From the NCBI RefSeq assembly GCF_006345805.1, contig NC_043004.1:16926001-16990000 (forward strand): a stretch of 64,000 nucleotides of DNA, read 5' to 3'. A model generated the notes under the pieces. The model was given only the letters and a program-made list of their open reading frames with translations, did not search any database and was not told where the DNA came from. The translations under genes were made by a program, and so were the position numbers. Origin of the DNA: Octopus sinensis. Taxonomy: Eukaryota. How positions within the stretch are numbered: position 1 is the first letter of the stretch; the number at the start of each line of letters is the position of its first letter. Below are positions 1-14,554 of this stretch, in pieces.

Positions 1-235
1 CTGCTAAGCTACGGGGATGTACACACACCAATATCGGTTGTCATGTGATGGTGGGGGACAAACACAAACACACAAATACATACATACATATATATATATA
101 TGACGGGATTCTTTCAGTTTCCGTCTAACAAATCCACTCACAAGGCCTTTCGTCGGCTCGAGGCTATAGCAGAAGACAGTTACCCAAGGTACCACGCAGT
201 GGGACTGAACCCAGAACCATATTGTTGGGAAGCCA
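1..235 (-). mobile_element. SINE family A (tRNA head, CORE-like accttgggcaagt, internal microsatellite), partial
   Basis: Reverse match to the copy at 15760-16165. Confidence 0.85.
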
Positions 236-284
236 TATATATTTATGTATTTCAAAAACCCCTGCATGCTTAAACTATATATAT

Positions 285-401
285 CCAGCTGTGAAGAAGT
301 ACCAGGAAGTAGTCGGGCTATTTTTAAGATTTCTAGGGAAATATTTGGTCGATTAAGTAACAGGCTGGCCCGCCTGCTTCCTGGAACTTCTTCACAGCAG
401 G
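285..401. repeat. Inverted repeat, 35-nt arms with 47-nt spacer
   Basis: 285-319 pairs with 367-401: 30/35 Watson-Crick plus two G-U on the plus strand. Confidence 0.9.
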
Positions 402-594
402 TTACGGCCTTAAACTAATCAATGTAACTGCTTGAAATAATATTATAGTTGTTTTGACTTCTTTGCACCTAGAATCTGCGTTATACTTCTCTCATTTTTC
501 TATAAATTCGATTGTTCATTTTTAAAATATCGCTTGTTCATCATGTTGGCTGTTCAATAGGCAATCACCAATGTTTTTACCTTGCCTGTTTTAG

Positions 595-662
595 CCAACT
601 ATGGTGGATTTATACTATGATATAATTTATGGATACATCAAAAAATTTCTCCCGGCACAGCT
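595..662 (+). CDS. Candidate internal exon of an unidentified gene entering from the left (PTMVDLYYDIIYGYIKKFLPAQL)
   Basis: Acceptor tttttaccttgcctgttttag|CCA, donor CT|gtaaga, open in phase 0-2; phase-compatible terminal candidates start at 1991 (LLRYINIDFIR*) and 2077 (DFKNS*). Confidence 0.4.
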
Positions 663-709
663 GTAAGAAATTGTTGACCTCATCTGTTTTCTTTTTATAC
701 ATAACTTTG

Positions 710-740
<31 letters not shown>

Positions 741-1013
741 ATGTGTGTGTGTGTGTGTGTGCGCGTCTGTGTGTGTGCGTCTGTGTGTGTTATGGTTCTT
801 TTCAGTAGCTGGCGTCGCTTTCACAGCATTAACGTCACGTGAACTAATTTGACCAAGTCATTTTAAATTTGTCGCAAACCTCTCACTCTTCGCCTAGTAT
901 GTGATATGGTGACATATCCTACGTGCCCACGAAAATCTAGCATATGGAACTGATTCAAGCTGCTATTACACACATACAAGCACGCACGCGCACACGCACA
1001 CACACATATAGAT

Positions 1014-1431
1014 ATATATTTCTTTATTGACCACAAGGGGCTAAACATAGAGAGGACAAACAAGGACAGAAAAAGGGATTAAATTGAGTATATCGACCCC
1101 AGTGCGTAACTGGTACTTTATTTATCTACCCCGAGAGGATGAAAGGCAAAGTAAACCTCGGCGGAATTTGAACTCAGAACGTAACGGCAGACGAAATACC
1201 TATTTCTTTACTACCCACAAGGGGCTAAGCACAGAGAGGACAAGCAAGGAGAGACAAACGGATTAAGTCGATTATATAGACCCCAGTACGTAACTGGTAC
1301 TTATTTAATCGACCCCAAAAGGATGAAAGGTAAAGTCGACCTCGGCGGAATTTGAACTCAGAACGTAGCTGCAGACGAAATACCGTTAGGCATTTCGCCC
1401 GGCGTGCTAACGATTCTGCCAGCTCGCCGCC
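1014..1431 (-). mobile_element. SINE family B (tRNA head, Meta-like gcctttcatcctttcggggtcgat..aagtaccag domain), tandem dimer
   Basis: Two head-to-tail units of about 185 bp plus the ggcggcgagctggcagaa head. Confidence 0.9.
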
Positions 1432-2574
1432 TTACACACATATAGATATAACTTGTTTTAAATCTCTGAGCGAGAGATATATAGTAACAGTACCGAATAG
1501 AAAAGTTTATATGCCAACAGAATGTGGCAGTCCTATAAAGGACGCTGATGCTATTGTTTAAGCCCCAAGTAAACATCTTTTGCAGCTAGCCATCGACACA
1601 CAGTTTGTGTGCGTATAGCATTTGCAAGGGAGGTCATCGCTGTCATCTCTAGCCTTACGTGATACACACAGATCTAGGTTTCTGGAGGGCTACTAGTCCT
1701 CTGTGTGAGACAACCACATGGTAGTGACGAAAGCAATCTCCATATAGATCTCTCCACAAGCTAGTGACAAAGGCTTTCTCTATATATACATATACGATGA
1801 ACAGTGGAATGCTTTTTTTATATATAATTTAGCCATAGATATTCTCAGACAAATAAATTTAGTCTGTTTCAACTTAACTGAAGCCACTTTCTTATCAAAT
1901 GTAATTGAATATGAATATTTTGCATATTTTCATCTCTATTTTCCATATTAAATTTTTTTCGTCGCTACTGTTCTGTCTTTGCCATTTTAGATTACTCAGA
2001 TACATAAATATAGATTTTATAAGGTGAATATTACATTACATGGCTGTTTCTTCATTCTTTTGTATTATATTTCCAGAGATTTCAAAAATAGTTGAATTTG
2101 TCAGATTTAAGTAATCGCTCCGTCGCCAAGACTGGAGAAAACGCTTCATTAAATATATATTTACAAGTATTAATATTTTCCTTATTTGGTATAATTTTTA
2201 GCATTATCTCACCCTCCATATTACTGCAAACATCTTCGATATAATACTTTTTAATACTGTTAACTATGTTTAAAATGGCTTCGCATTTGCAACTCAAGCA
2301 GCTTTCAATATACATAAAACGTTTAGTAAAACGAAAATCACATAAAGTAATAAACACAGCGACACAAACACGTAGACAGATGCCAATACACACACTGACG
2401 TGCACACGCGCGCTGACACACACAAAATATATAATAAATTTATAAACATATACGTGAAAAATTTCATACATATACATATACATTAATCTTTATATATATA
2501 TATATAATAGTTATCGTTTTCCGGGAACGCTGCCGCTGTTCTCTTTTAGAGAGACTTAGTTATTTTAATATTTC

Positions 2575-2597
2575 TATTATATATATATATAATATAT

Positions 2598-2645
<48 letters not shown>

Positions 2646-2739
2646 TATAGGTATATACATATATATATGTATATTTTATGAATACTACATATATACACAT
2701 AGATATATAGATAGATAGATAGATGATAGATAGATAGAT

Positions 2740-2778
<39 letters not shown>

Positions 2779-2816
2779 GATAGATAGATAGACAGATAGA
2801 TAGATAGATAGATAGC

Positions 2817-2850
<34 letters not shown>

Positions 2851-2851
2851 T

Positions 2852-2949
<98 letters not shown>

Positions 2950-3103
2950 ATTTATCTACGTACACTTCCTCTCTCTGAGAGCATATGTGTATGTAATCTA
3001 GTTTTTTATGAGAAAATTTTAATTTCCTCTGCACCAGTTTAACTACACACACACACGCACAAAAACAACACACACACTCACACATACGCATGCACACTCA
3101 GAC

Positions 3104-3147
<44 letters not shown>

Positions 3148-3170
3148 ATGTGTATATATATATGTATATA

Positions 3171-3201
<31 letters not shown>

Positions 3202-3484
3202 TTACATTATATGTATGTATACTTATGCGTGTCTATATACGTATATATATACATGATTTAATCAAAGCTAGAGCGTATGTAACCCTGTGCTTGGTACTGT
3301 GTATTTTCCTCGTGTTAGAATGTACCAACGTGCATTGACATGATATGTGTTTCCTTGTGGGTGAGTTTAAGTTGAGAAGTTGGTAAATAGATATAAATGC
3401 CTAAATATCTACACGCAGACATACATATATATATATATATATATACAGAGAGAGAGAGAGAGAGAAAAAAAAAGTGATTATATA

Positions 3485-3520
<36 letters not shown>
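2575..3520. repeat. Compound microsatellite field (TA)n, (AGAT)n, (CA)n, (GA)n; similar fields recur throughout the window
   Basis: Direct reading; others at e.g. 13010-13280, 14440-14553, 18610-19140, 42046-42150, 48069-48450, 61230-61367, 62368-62597. Confidence 0.95.
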
Positions 3521-3523
<3 letters not shown>

Positions 3524-4170
3524 CTAGAGTATGTTGTATGTTCTACTTGCAACGTTGATTCAATCATATTATACCTAAGAGCTATTTGTTATTTCGTTCA
3601 GTGTTTTTTATACTGAACGTTATTCACTTCTCTACATTTTTGTCAGTGCTGGCTTAATTGTGTTTGTTTTTCTATTTTTGGTGAAGAGGTGGCTGAGTAA
3701 AATATTCAAAAATACCCACATAAGTTATACATTAGAGACATTGGAACGTGAGAAACTTTAATTCAGTGAAAATCCTTTGTAAAATATTTTCACCTAGTCA
3801 CTCGAAATAAGGTAACGTTGCGCTCTCCCTATATTATTTTTTTTTTTTTTTTTTCGTTTCTTCAAGATAAAATCCAACTTTATCTAGGGATATCGGTACT
3901 GTTATTGTTTACACTAAACTGTAAGGTGGAAAATAAATTCAGATATCTCGGTATTTTTTGTAAATATTTCGTTAAAAACATTAGCCTTATCAGAAGTCTA
4001 AGGTCAGGCTCAGTGAGACCAAATGTTAGCATATCTCGGGTTATTCGTTCTTTCAAAGTTTATGTTCAAATGCTAGAGATGAATAGAGATGCTTTTGAAT
4101 GTGGTTCTTAGAAACTTTTTGTAGGTGATGACTGAATACAAGAAACATTAATTCATAATGTTGTAGTGTA

Positions 4171-4206
<36 letters not shown>

Positions 4207-4222
4207 TGTATGTACGTATGTA

Positions 4223-5486
4223 CACAGACATGCAGGAAGTAAATAGAAACCTTCAATTTTCTAAATTTCTGATCTATGCGTCTTAATATGTTTTCAGCGG
4301 TGTAGAATTTACCATGTAATTTTTCTTTTTCATTCCAGGTGCCATTATATTAAATATTTGCGAAGTGTAACCATGCCACGCACACAAAAAATCAGCAGAA
4401 CTGTGAGATTTTCAAAGAAGTCGTACTGCGTGACACCCTGAGGCTGGTCTTAAGCAGCGAAAAATTACCGAAAATCTTCAAATTCCTCTTGCTGCTGTTC
4501 ATAGAATTATAGTGCAATTCAAAAGCCAAGGAAAAGAATCAACAGATTCTCGTCCCGGCCGATCTGGGCTCTCGAAAAGGAAGCTTCGCTGTTTGAAGAG
4601 AATTGTGGAAAGCGAACCCCGTTCGAAGACTTCTGACATTGTGGTACAGCTAGAAGTTAGTCCAAGAACGTGTGTTACATATCTGCATAAGTTTGGGTAT
4701 TATGGATGAGCAGCTAGAAGAAAACTTCCCCTTCAACCAACTAATATCAGGAAAAGAAAGAAATGAGCTAAGGAGACGTCAGAAAAATCCAGTTCATTTG
4801 GGAATATAGTGTTTTTCTCAGATGAATCCAGTTTTGCATTATTTTCAGACAGTGGAAGTGTTTGGATCTGGAGGAATTTGATTTGAAACAACTCCAACCA
4901 ACTGTGAAACATGGCGGTATCTCTGTAATGATATGGAGAGCTGTCACTAGCAATGGTCGTTCTGAGCTGATCGAATGTGTTGGAACCATAAACTCTGAAA
5001 ACTACATCGAAATGCTTAAGCAAGGACTACTTCCGATGTATTCACACGATAACATAACGAAAACTGAGTTTTTATTCATGGAAAATGGGGCTCCATGTCA
5101 CACAGCGAAAATAAATCAACAATGGCTGACTGAAAATGGGATCAAAAAGTTTCCTTGGACGAGCCAATATCCTGACATGAACCCAAGTGAAAATCTTTGA
5201 AGCATACTAGATAGAGCTATACGAAAATCTCGACAGAAACCTAAATCTAAAAATGAATTGTGTCGATTGTTGCGTGAAAAGTGGGCAGAAATTCCACAAG
5301 TGACAATCACAAAGCTCATCAGTTCAATGCCAAAAAGAGTTTCTCAATTAAAAACTGCAAAGGGAATGTCAATTAAATGCTAAAATATGTCGTCCTACCT
5401 ATCGATTACATTTCAATTGTCCGCTTTAGTTATTAAATAAAAGATTTTGAAAATTAAAGGTGTCTATTTACTTCTGCATGACTGTG
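4223..5486 (+). mobile_element. Tc1-like DNA transposon, full length, inactivated
   Basis: About 38-bp TIRs (cacagacatgcaggaagtaaatagaaaccttcaattttc / gaaaattaaaggtgtctatttacttctgcatgactgtg), left TA flank; transposase motifs FSDES, TVKHGG, APCH, SQYPDMNPSENL with stops and frameshifts. Confidence 0.93.
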
Positions 5487-5735
5487 TGTATATATATATA
5501 TACACTTTGAATATAAACCTTTGAATCTGAAACACTGTGTATAAATTCTGTACTTGGAATGACCAAGTTTAGATACTGCTGTATCTCACTCATAAGGTAT
5601 TGGAATTTTACATATATACCATTCTGCCTAAAAAATGGATCTACAACTTCAATATATCTACATTTCTTTCCTCCACCTCACTCTCTATTTTATATCCTAT
5701 GTAAATTAAGTATTACTTAACCATCCTCTCACACC

Positions 5736-5787
5736 GTCTCCGATGAAGGGATATAATTAATAAATATCCTGGAAACAGCTGTAAGAC
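5736..5787 (+). ncRNA. Minimal type I hammerhead ribozyme motif (U4C core variant)
   Basis: GTCT-CCGATGA-A-GGGATAT..ATATCCT-G-GAAAC-AGCT-GTA-AGAC: stems I and II pair, palindromic stem III loop. Confidence 0.7.
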
Positions 5788-6007
5788 CCTCTATCTATAA
5801 ATGTTCTAAATATCTACACATCCTTGGTTTTTTATCTCATTACACAAAAAAAACTTTTATATACACACGCTGACATATGACCAACGTTGAACCCCTTATT
5901 CGCAAAATTACCGAGCCTGGAACTTAACTATGGTCTATTTATAGCACTTATTCAGCATTACCTGACACCTTTGGGTCTCAATGATACCATTACCTCTTAT
6001 AAGCTCA

Positions 6008-6054
<47 letters not shown>

Positions 6055-6499
6055 TATACTTAAGGTCCAATAGGAAATTTATCTTCAACAGTGCTTGCGT
6101 TATTGTTGTTTCTTGATTGTGTAACGTAATGTATGTTTGGTACAACTTGTCTCTTGACAGCCAAACTGTTTGTCTAACGTCTTGAATGGTTTAATGTTGC
6201 ATTTGCTGCAACGTTCCTTTGTAGTGTACTTTGAAATAAGTTCTAGAAGCTGAATATAATATGATAATCATTCATCCAGGATAGACAAAATTTATTGTCA
6301 TTATTTTAATATCAATTTTAAAGATATTGACCCTTTTGTGTTTATCCAAGTTATTTGCAATTTTATACTTCAAGTCTTTCTGAAACTACGTCGTTTATAG
6401 CAAAGAAGCCTCTGCACCTTAATGGCCTGTATTGATGATAATACTTACTGATTTAAAGCTATCAGTACTATCCATATTCCTCAAAAGGCCATAGACGAA

Positions 6500-7850
6500 T
6501 ACTAGGATATTGAGAAAATTAAGTAGACGCCAATGTCTTCCCGTTTTCCCAAGCTCGTGTCTAATGCATTAGTTCAGTGTTTCATGAAGAGTGTATTCTT
6601 TACAAATATATCTTAGAGATTTAGGTGATTCTGCTGGTACGGTACTGTACCATGTTCATCGTTCCCACCAAAATTGACTTAGGCAGTGTGAATCACTCAT
6701 CGGATATCACAGCAGCAACAAATAACATTAAAGTGGATAGAATCTGATAATAATTTCGTTAGCTTTCTGAAGGCGTGCTAGCATTGGCTTCTCACTTAGG
6801 TAATCTATAGAGAATGTCTGTAGAGTAACCAGTATACTTGAACATTTTCTATCAACTCATTTTTTTTAACGGATATAAGTAGCTTGCAGTAATGTAGCAC
6901 ACGAGTTTAGCTCTCATATTATTGAAGTATTTGACAAGGAGATAAAATGAAGAATAATTTGTTTTCAGGATAGCAGTTACTTCATAAATTGCAGAGACGA
7001 CATGACACAGCTTCTAGACCTCGTTCTGGATGTTAGTTAAGAGACTTTGGGAGCGGGCTGATATACAGCTCTCATAGATATTGATTTCAACATAGCCTTC
7101 CAAAGATTTAACTGCGACATCCCGTTGAAAATTCTGTTCACCATTTGGAGTCTGGGGAAAAGTATGGCACCGAATTAAATATTCTCTTGTGAACATATTC
7201 CAGCATGTTATTATAAAAAAAGTTCATTCAAGCAGGATAAACGACATTAGCATTGTGCTCCGAGGCACAGTGTTGAACTTAATTCTAGAAGATCAAAAAC
7301 GTCATAACACAGCAAATTAATGTCTGGCTCACAACTCATCCACTTTGAAAAGGTATACTAGTAGATATGTGAGGTCTAGGAGTTATTGTCTCAGCCTGTA
7401 TCAACAATGAAATCGCTTTAGTTCTAATAGGTAAGCTCATGAATCCTCAGAACATTTCAGTCCAGAGATCCTGAAGCCATCATCTTTCTATTCACTACCT
7501 TGCTTAAAATCACCTAAAGTACTCCGGCTTCACGTAGTTTCCGTATGAAATCAAAATATTGTGTGAACTGAGGTGCCTCAACGCTCAATTATAAAGTAAA
7601 TAATTATTATGACAAGCATTATTTACTTAGAAAACCTGAAAATTCTCAAGCATTATTCGATGGGTGATATGGAGAATTTAGAAAATATACCAACAGCGTC
7701 GAGTTTAAAATCATCTGAAGCTGAAACGTCGTATCTCGCTAGAAGAATCGTAGCATATAACGATGTTGAGGAATGCCTTGTTGACATTAACTTGCCCGAT
7801 TCTATTTAGTTTTATCACGAAACAAATCAAGGGTGAAAAATTCCACTTCC
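6500..7850 (+). mobile_element. Highly decayed CR1/L2-type LINE reverse transcriptase
   Basis: Ordered remnants SSHIIEVFD, TQLL, DIDFNIAF, VLRGTVL, YLENLKILKHYS; boundaries approximate. Confidence 0.6.
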
Positions 7851-9879
7851 TTTTAAGCCGTATCAAGACAACTACCACTAAGTAATATCAGATACACCAT
7901 ACACTAACACATGGCCTCGACTCATACTAGACGAAAGCTAAGTTTATCTAAATAATAGTATTTTATTTTCTCGTCGGAAGAAAACTTTTGAATAATAGCA
8001 TTCATAATAATTAATAGATTACTTGATTTTAGATATTTAAATCGAGAAGTATAACTTAATAAACATATAGCCACAGCTATATTACAATCAAATACGACAG
8101 TTATGTCTAATCACTTAGCTCAAAATAATCAATTCTATGCATTTGTCTGGCGTGAAAAAGAAAGTGTTGCCTAAAACTACACCCTTACATAGCTAAATAC
8201 GCCGAAATATTCTAATACATTTATAGCTATACAGATAGCTCCACACATTTAACTTTACTCACATAGTTTCCCATAGAAGACTCTGCAGATATGATATTCG
8301 AGAGGGAAAATGTATTCAGAAAAATAATTCTAAACAATTTTTGAGACGCGTCATAGATCATATTAACTTTTACGTTTCCCTTTTCCCTTACGTGTTGGTA
8401 TAAGTAATATTTGCGTTAGAAGTTTTATCCAACAACATTGAAGTTAAGGGAAGAAACAATAGTCATCTCAGATGGACTCACTACTTGATATTTAATTGAT
8501 TATATTTCCTTGAATGTTGCGCTGTTGCTTCTTCCATTTGCCAATATTGGAAGAAAAATTACTCCGCAAAAGAAGATCACAGAGAACGATGTGATTCTGC
8601 TAGCAATTACATCAACTATCGATATTGCGATGCATCACTGGTCAAAGGAAGATAAAATGTAATAGAACTACTATGATATATTCATCACTTTCTTCCTTTA
8701 TATACGCCAGTCAAATGGCTTGATTTCAGTTTAATAACTTTCAATCGAGTTTAGACTGCTTCAAGTGCAGTCTAAACTGCTTCATAGATTTAAGTATGTC
8801 AGCAAAGGTCAGCAGCTATAAGTAGCAAAGCCAACTAAAAGTTTCAGACGTGACAAAAGTATTACTTTCTTTAATTATTGCAATAAAGTCGATTAGATCA
8901 AGTAAAACATTTCAAAGACTTCGTTATAATTATTAATTCCTAAAGAAATTATTGGCCTCTTTTTATTAATGCAGTTGATGGTGTTTAACCAAAGAAATTA
9001 GCAAGCAAACCATAACGCGACAAACAAAACACAGAATCTAACGGAGAATTTTATGCTCAAAGTTAATCAATAATTAAAATTAGAGATAGCTGCAGCTGAT
9101 GAATTCCATAAAATTATTTTAAAAGCCTTTATTATTATTATTATTAGGCTGTTACACTTATTAGATGGGCATTGTAGATACACAAGTTTAATTTCAGACT
9201 AACCCAGAGAGTTATTTATAAACATAGGGACTTGCTGCAAGGACTGCAGGCAAAGGGACGAGGTCGTAATTAGCATCTTAATGCAAAAACGAAATTCAAG
9301 GGTAAAATATTTAACTTGAATTATGAAGCAGCCTTTCTGGTCCAAACAAGCCACTTCTTTCATCCGGGAATTGTTTCTTCTGCATTATACATCTCTCTCT
9401 TTTCTCTCTCTCCCTCTCTCTCTCTTTCTCTCTTCCTTACTCTCTATCTCGCTCTCTCACACTCCCACTCTCTCTCTCTTTCTCTCTTGCACTCCCTCTC
9501 TCTTGCACTTCCTCTCTCTTGCACTCCCTCTCACTTACATACACACATGCTTACATACACACACATATACGATCATGCACACAAATGCAGATAACTAATA
9601 TTATGAAACGTGTGTTTTAATGTTGCCCGTGTATAAAACAGTATACGACACATACTAGTGTTATGAAGATACTTCATAAATGTTAATGTAAAAGTATTTC
9701 CAAAACTGTTTAATCTAAATACTATGACCATAAAAGAAAATAAACATAAATTATTTCATTTGATATTTCGAAAATACCTTAGAATTTACATGAGGAAAGC
9801 GCGATCTAAATTTTATAACTAGATAAAGTATATAACTTGTTCTTTATTTGTATTCTTTTTACTATAAAAATCGGAAAGT

Positions 9880-9913
<34 letters not shown>

Positions 9914-10774
9914 GTGTATGAGTGTTTGTGAATATGCATAAATTAAAACACCTTCAAAGGAACTTATGTTGTGGAGATATAAATGTATGTGTTTTTAGCT
10001 TGATTCAGTGATTTGCATTACTTAAAGTTTCACCTATGACAAAATATAGTCTTTCTCTGTCTGAGAAGATTCACATATTACAACATTCCACTAAAAGTTT
10101 TCATTTTACTGGAATTTCAAGCAAGAAAGAAACTATTCATATCTATTGGACGCATCTTACTTCCCATTTAGCAGCTATATGTTTAATTCGCTGCCGAATG
10201 AGAGCCACACAATTACGAATTATACAATGTGACCAGGTTTGGCTCATAAAAATGACCGTCATTAATCAACTAATAATGATCTTGCTCATATTTTTAAAAG
10301 CGGCAGACGTTTCTGCGTCAGAACAAAACATGTATATATAAGTCTACAGTAAGTTTCCCTTTAGTATCATTCTGAACATGAAACTATAGCGAAGTTCGAT
10401 ATAACATTTTCACAAGGTATTAAGACTAAAACATAAAAAAGTTTTGTAGCAAATATATTAAATAAATAAATATCAAAGAATAAAGAGAGCGACAGAAGCA
10501 GTATTGATAGCAACAGGAAAATATTCACCACTTAAAAGTGGATGTTGCGTTAGAACACACAAGTACTGCGATATTGCCAACAGAGAAAAAAAAACTCTCG
10601 AATGGTTTTTGGTGCATAAAAGCACATCATTGCTATCGCCAGCGGCAGACAACCATCACTAATTCTGCTGCCAATTCTCAGTTTTCTGATGCTTTGGATA
10701 CTTTAATGGATAATGGCTACTAGTAAAACGACTACGCAATCGAATATACATCTATACATACACACATACATACA

Positions 10775-10806
<32 letters not shown>

Positions 10807-10849
10807 CATACATACATACATATATATATATATATTATGCATATATATA

Positions 10850-10931
<82 letters not shown>

Positions 10932-11073
10932 TATAGAGAGAGAGAGAGAACGGAAGTGTTTCAACGTGCCCGAACTTTCATGGTGAAACTAATTAAAAAG
11001 TTATATATATATATATATATATACTATAATATATATGTATGTATATGAATATATATGTATATATATATTATGC

Positions 11074-11116
<43 letters not shown>

Positions 11117-12053
11117 AGTGTATGAGTGTTTGTGAATATGCATAAATTAAAACACCTTCAAAGGAACTTATGTTGTGGAGATATAAATGTATGTGTTTTT
11201 AGCTTGATTCAGTGATTTGCATTACTTAAAGTTTCACCTATGACAAAATATAGTCTTTCTCTGTCTGAGAAGATTCACATATTACAACATTCCACTAAAA
11301 GTTTTCATTTTACTGGAATTTCAAGCAAGAAAGAAACTATTCATATCTATTGGACGCATCTTACTTCCCATTTAGCAGCTATATGTTTAATTCGCTGCCG
11401 AATGAGAGCCACACAATTACGAATTATACAATGTGACCAGGTTTGGCTCATAAAAATGACCGTCATTAATCAACTAATAATGATCTTGCTCATATTTTTA
11501 AAAGCGGCAGACGTTTCTGCGTCAGAACAAAACATGTATATATAAGTCTACAGTAAGTTTCCCTTTAGTATCATTCTGAACATGAAACTATAGCGAAGTT
11601 CGATATAACATTTTCACAAGGTATTAAGACTAAAACATAAAAAAGTTCTGTAGCAAATATATTAAATAAATAAATATCAAAGAATAAAGAGAGCGACAGA
11701 AGCAGTATTGATAGCAACAGGAAAATATTCACCACTTAAAAGTGGATGTTGCGTTAGAACACACAAGTACTGCGATATTTGCCAACAGAGAAAAAAAAAC
11801 TCTCGAATGGTTTTTGGTGCATAAAAGCACATCATTGCTATCGCCAGCGGCAGACAACCATCACTAATTCTGCTGCCAATTCTCAGTGTTCTGATGCTTT
11901 GGATACTTTAATGGATAATGGCTACTAGTAAAACGACTACGCAATCGAATATACATCTATACATACACACATACATACATACATACATACATACATACAT
12001 ACATACATAATACATACATACATACATACATATATATATATACTTATACATAC

Positions 12054-12139
<86 letters not shown>

Positions 12140-12279
12140 TATAGAGAGAGAGAGAGAACGGAAGTGTTTCAACGTGCCCGAACTTTCATGGTGAAACTAA
12201 TTAAAAAGTTATATATATATATATATATACTATAATATATATGTATGTATATGAATATATATGTATATATATATTATGC

Positions 12280-12314
<35 letters not shown>
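9880..12314 (+). repeat. Near-identical tandem duplication, period about 1204 bp, bounded by (TG)n tracts
   Basis: Identical ORFs at 10036 and 11240; I found only three differences outside the microsatellites. Confidence 0.95.
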
Positions 12315-12315
<1 letters not shown>

Positions 12316-14437
12316 TATATATACTCACATACATGAATATTTATATATATACACACATATATATTATATATGAATATATATATGTATGGATATATACATA
12401 TATATGCGTGTATGTATGTGTGTATGTGTATTTCTATATGTGTGTAAATCTATGTATAATTTATATATGTATATATACGTATATGTTTATGCTCGTGTGT
12501 GTACATATGTCTGCGCTATACATAGATAGAAGAATGGATGTGCAGCTAGCGGCTTGAATGAATGAATGAGTAGAGTGAGGATACATTGAGATCTAAAAGT
12601 GTACCGTGAAATACATTTACAGTTTTTAAGAAGAAAAATTTCAGCGAAGCAAACCTGTGAAAACATCAAACAGAGACGCAACTATAAAGATATTTTTATG
12701 ATCAACATAGCCTGCAGAGTTATTGAAAGGACAATATTGTAGAATCACATGCTTAAATCTATGTAGTATTATATCAGGCCTTAATATTGTGTGTTCATCG
12801 ATTTATACACGCACACACCCACACACACTTGCATGTACACATAGGCGTGTGCATTTACGTGTATGCGCTTTTGCCTATGTACATATGTGCATATTTTATA
12901 AATGAAATTCATAAAAGTATGCATACATCAGAATGAGCATGTTTATTATTAGTATTTCACACACAAATACACGGACATATACATAAAGCTATCATAAATA
13001 TACACATGCACACATACATACATACATACATACATACATACATACATACATACATACATACATACATACATACATACATACATACATACATACATACATT
13101 CATACATACATACATACACGCACGAATACATACATACACATGTTTATGCGTATTTGTGTGAGAGTGAGTATGTCTTTGTGCGAGTGGGAGGACGAGAAAG
13201 AGAGGGTGTGTATGTGTGTGTGTGTGTGCGGGTGGATGTGTGTGTGTGCGTTTGTATGTGTGTGTGTGTGTGTGTGTGTTTAAGGTCGATTGGCAGAGGC
13301 GTTACATCGTTCACTAGATTACTTACCACTAATCGTTCCGGCTAATCATTCTACACTCTGAATTCAAATTCCGCTGTGACCAAATCTGTTTTTCGGCATC
13401 GTTAAACAATGTATTAGTCCCTTACTAAAATCGATTCTTCTCTTTTTTCGTACTTCTTTCTTGCCTAACTATCATCTCTCTTCAGTGAGAAATTGGCTGC
13501 GCTCAGGCTTGCACTGCCACCGGGTCTGCCGGGTTTAAAGATACACGAATCATGCCGTACGCCGTATAATATAATTATATCTCTACAATTCCATCCAAAC
13601 TGTTGAGAGCGAAAGGCATATTTATCCCTTTGTGTGTGTATGTGCGTGTGTATGTGTGTGTGCGTCTATGTGTGTGTATACATGTCAGGTCATTCTTAGC
13701 TTTACCGATTGCATGGTTACTCTGTCAGCAACAAAATCAGTAACCTAGGAGGCTGGTTTTCGTTGGACACCGTACCGGATGAAAACTTAAACCTGCTAAT
13801 GTGTGGATGAACACAGTAGAATCAACGGCCATCTAGCATCTAGGAGTGAGAAATACTTAGACTTTGGTCAGTCATATCTCTAAGAGAAGAAAAGTTCTGT
13901 TGTAACAACTGCAAGATTGTTCGTGTCCAATGATATAGGGTAGTTCTTCTTTATGGACAAACTCTTATATTGTTTAGGCGGGATTGGCACTACACTAGGC
14001 CACCTTTTCTCATTTTAAAAAGCATTCAGACATGATTTTAAACAACTTTATTATGAGTTGCATATTATAGCTGGCTGCAGCCAAGAGATGCAAATCTCAC
14101 TGAAACATTCCAGGAAGGAACTGAAGGCAATGGTGGATGGTAAGCAACATGAACAGCTCCTCCTAAAAGTAGCCAGTATTCTCACATCTTTGCAAAGAAC
14201 TGTAGGTCCTTAGGAAAATTGAAAAGCTAAATCTGTACTGCTCGGGCTAAAGGGAATAATCAAGTTATGGCATTACTCAAAATCGACTTGCAACCGTCAA
14301 GTGTATGTATGTATATATGTATGTATGCATGTATGTATGTATATATATAAGAATATTCTCTCTGGTGAGAGATAAATGCTATTCCTTTAACACCGTTTTA
14401 ATAAATGTATTGTGAACTTTAAATGTATATATATAAA

Positions 14438-14484
<47 letters not shown>

Positions 14485-14504
14485 TAATAATAATAATAAT
14501 AATA

Positions 14505-14554
<50 letters not shown>

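Noticed and set aside
8748-8778. Perfect 12-bp stem hairpin
   Set aside because: Short and isolated; no supporting context.
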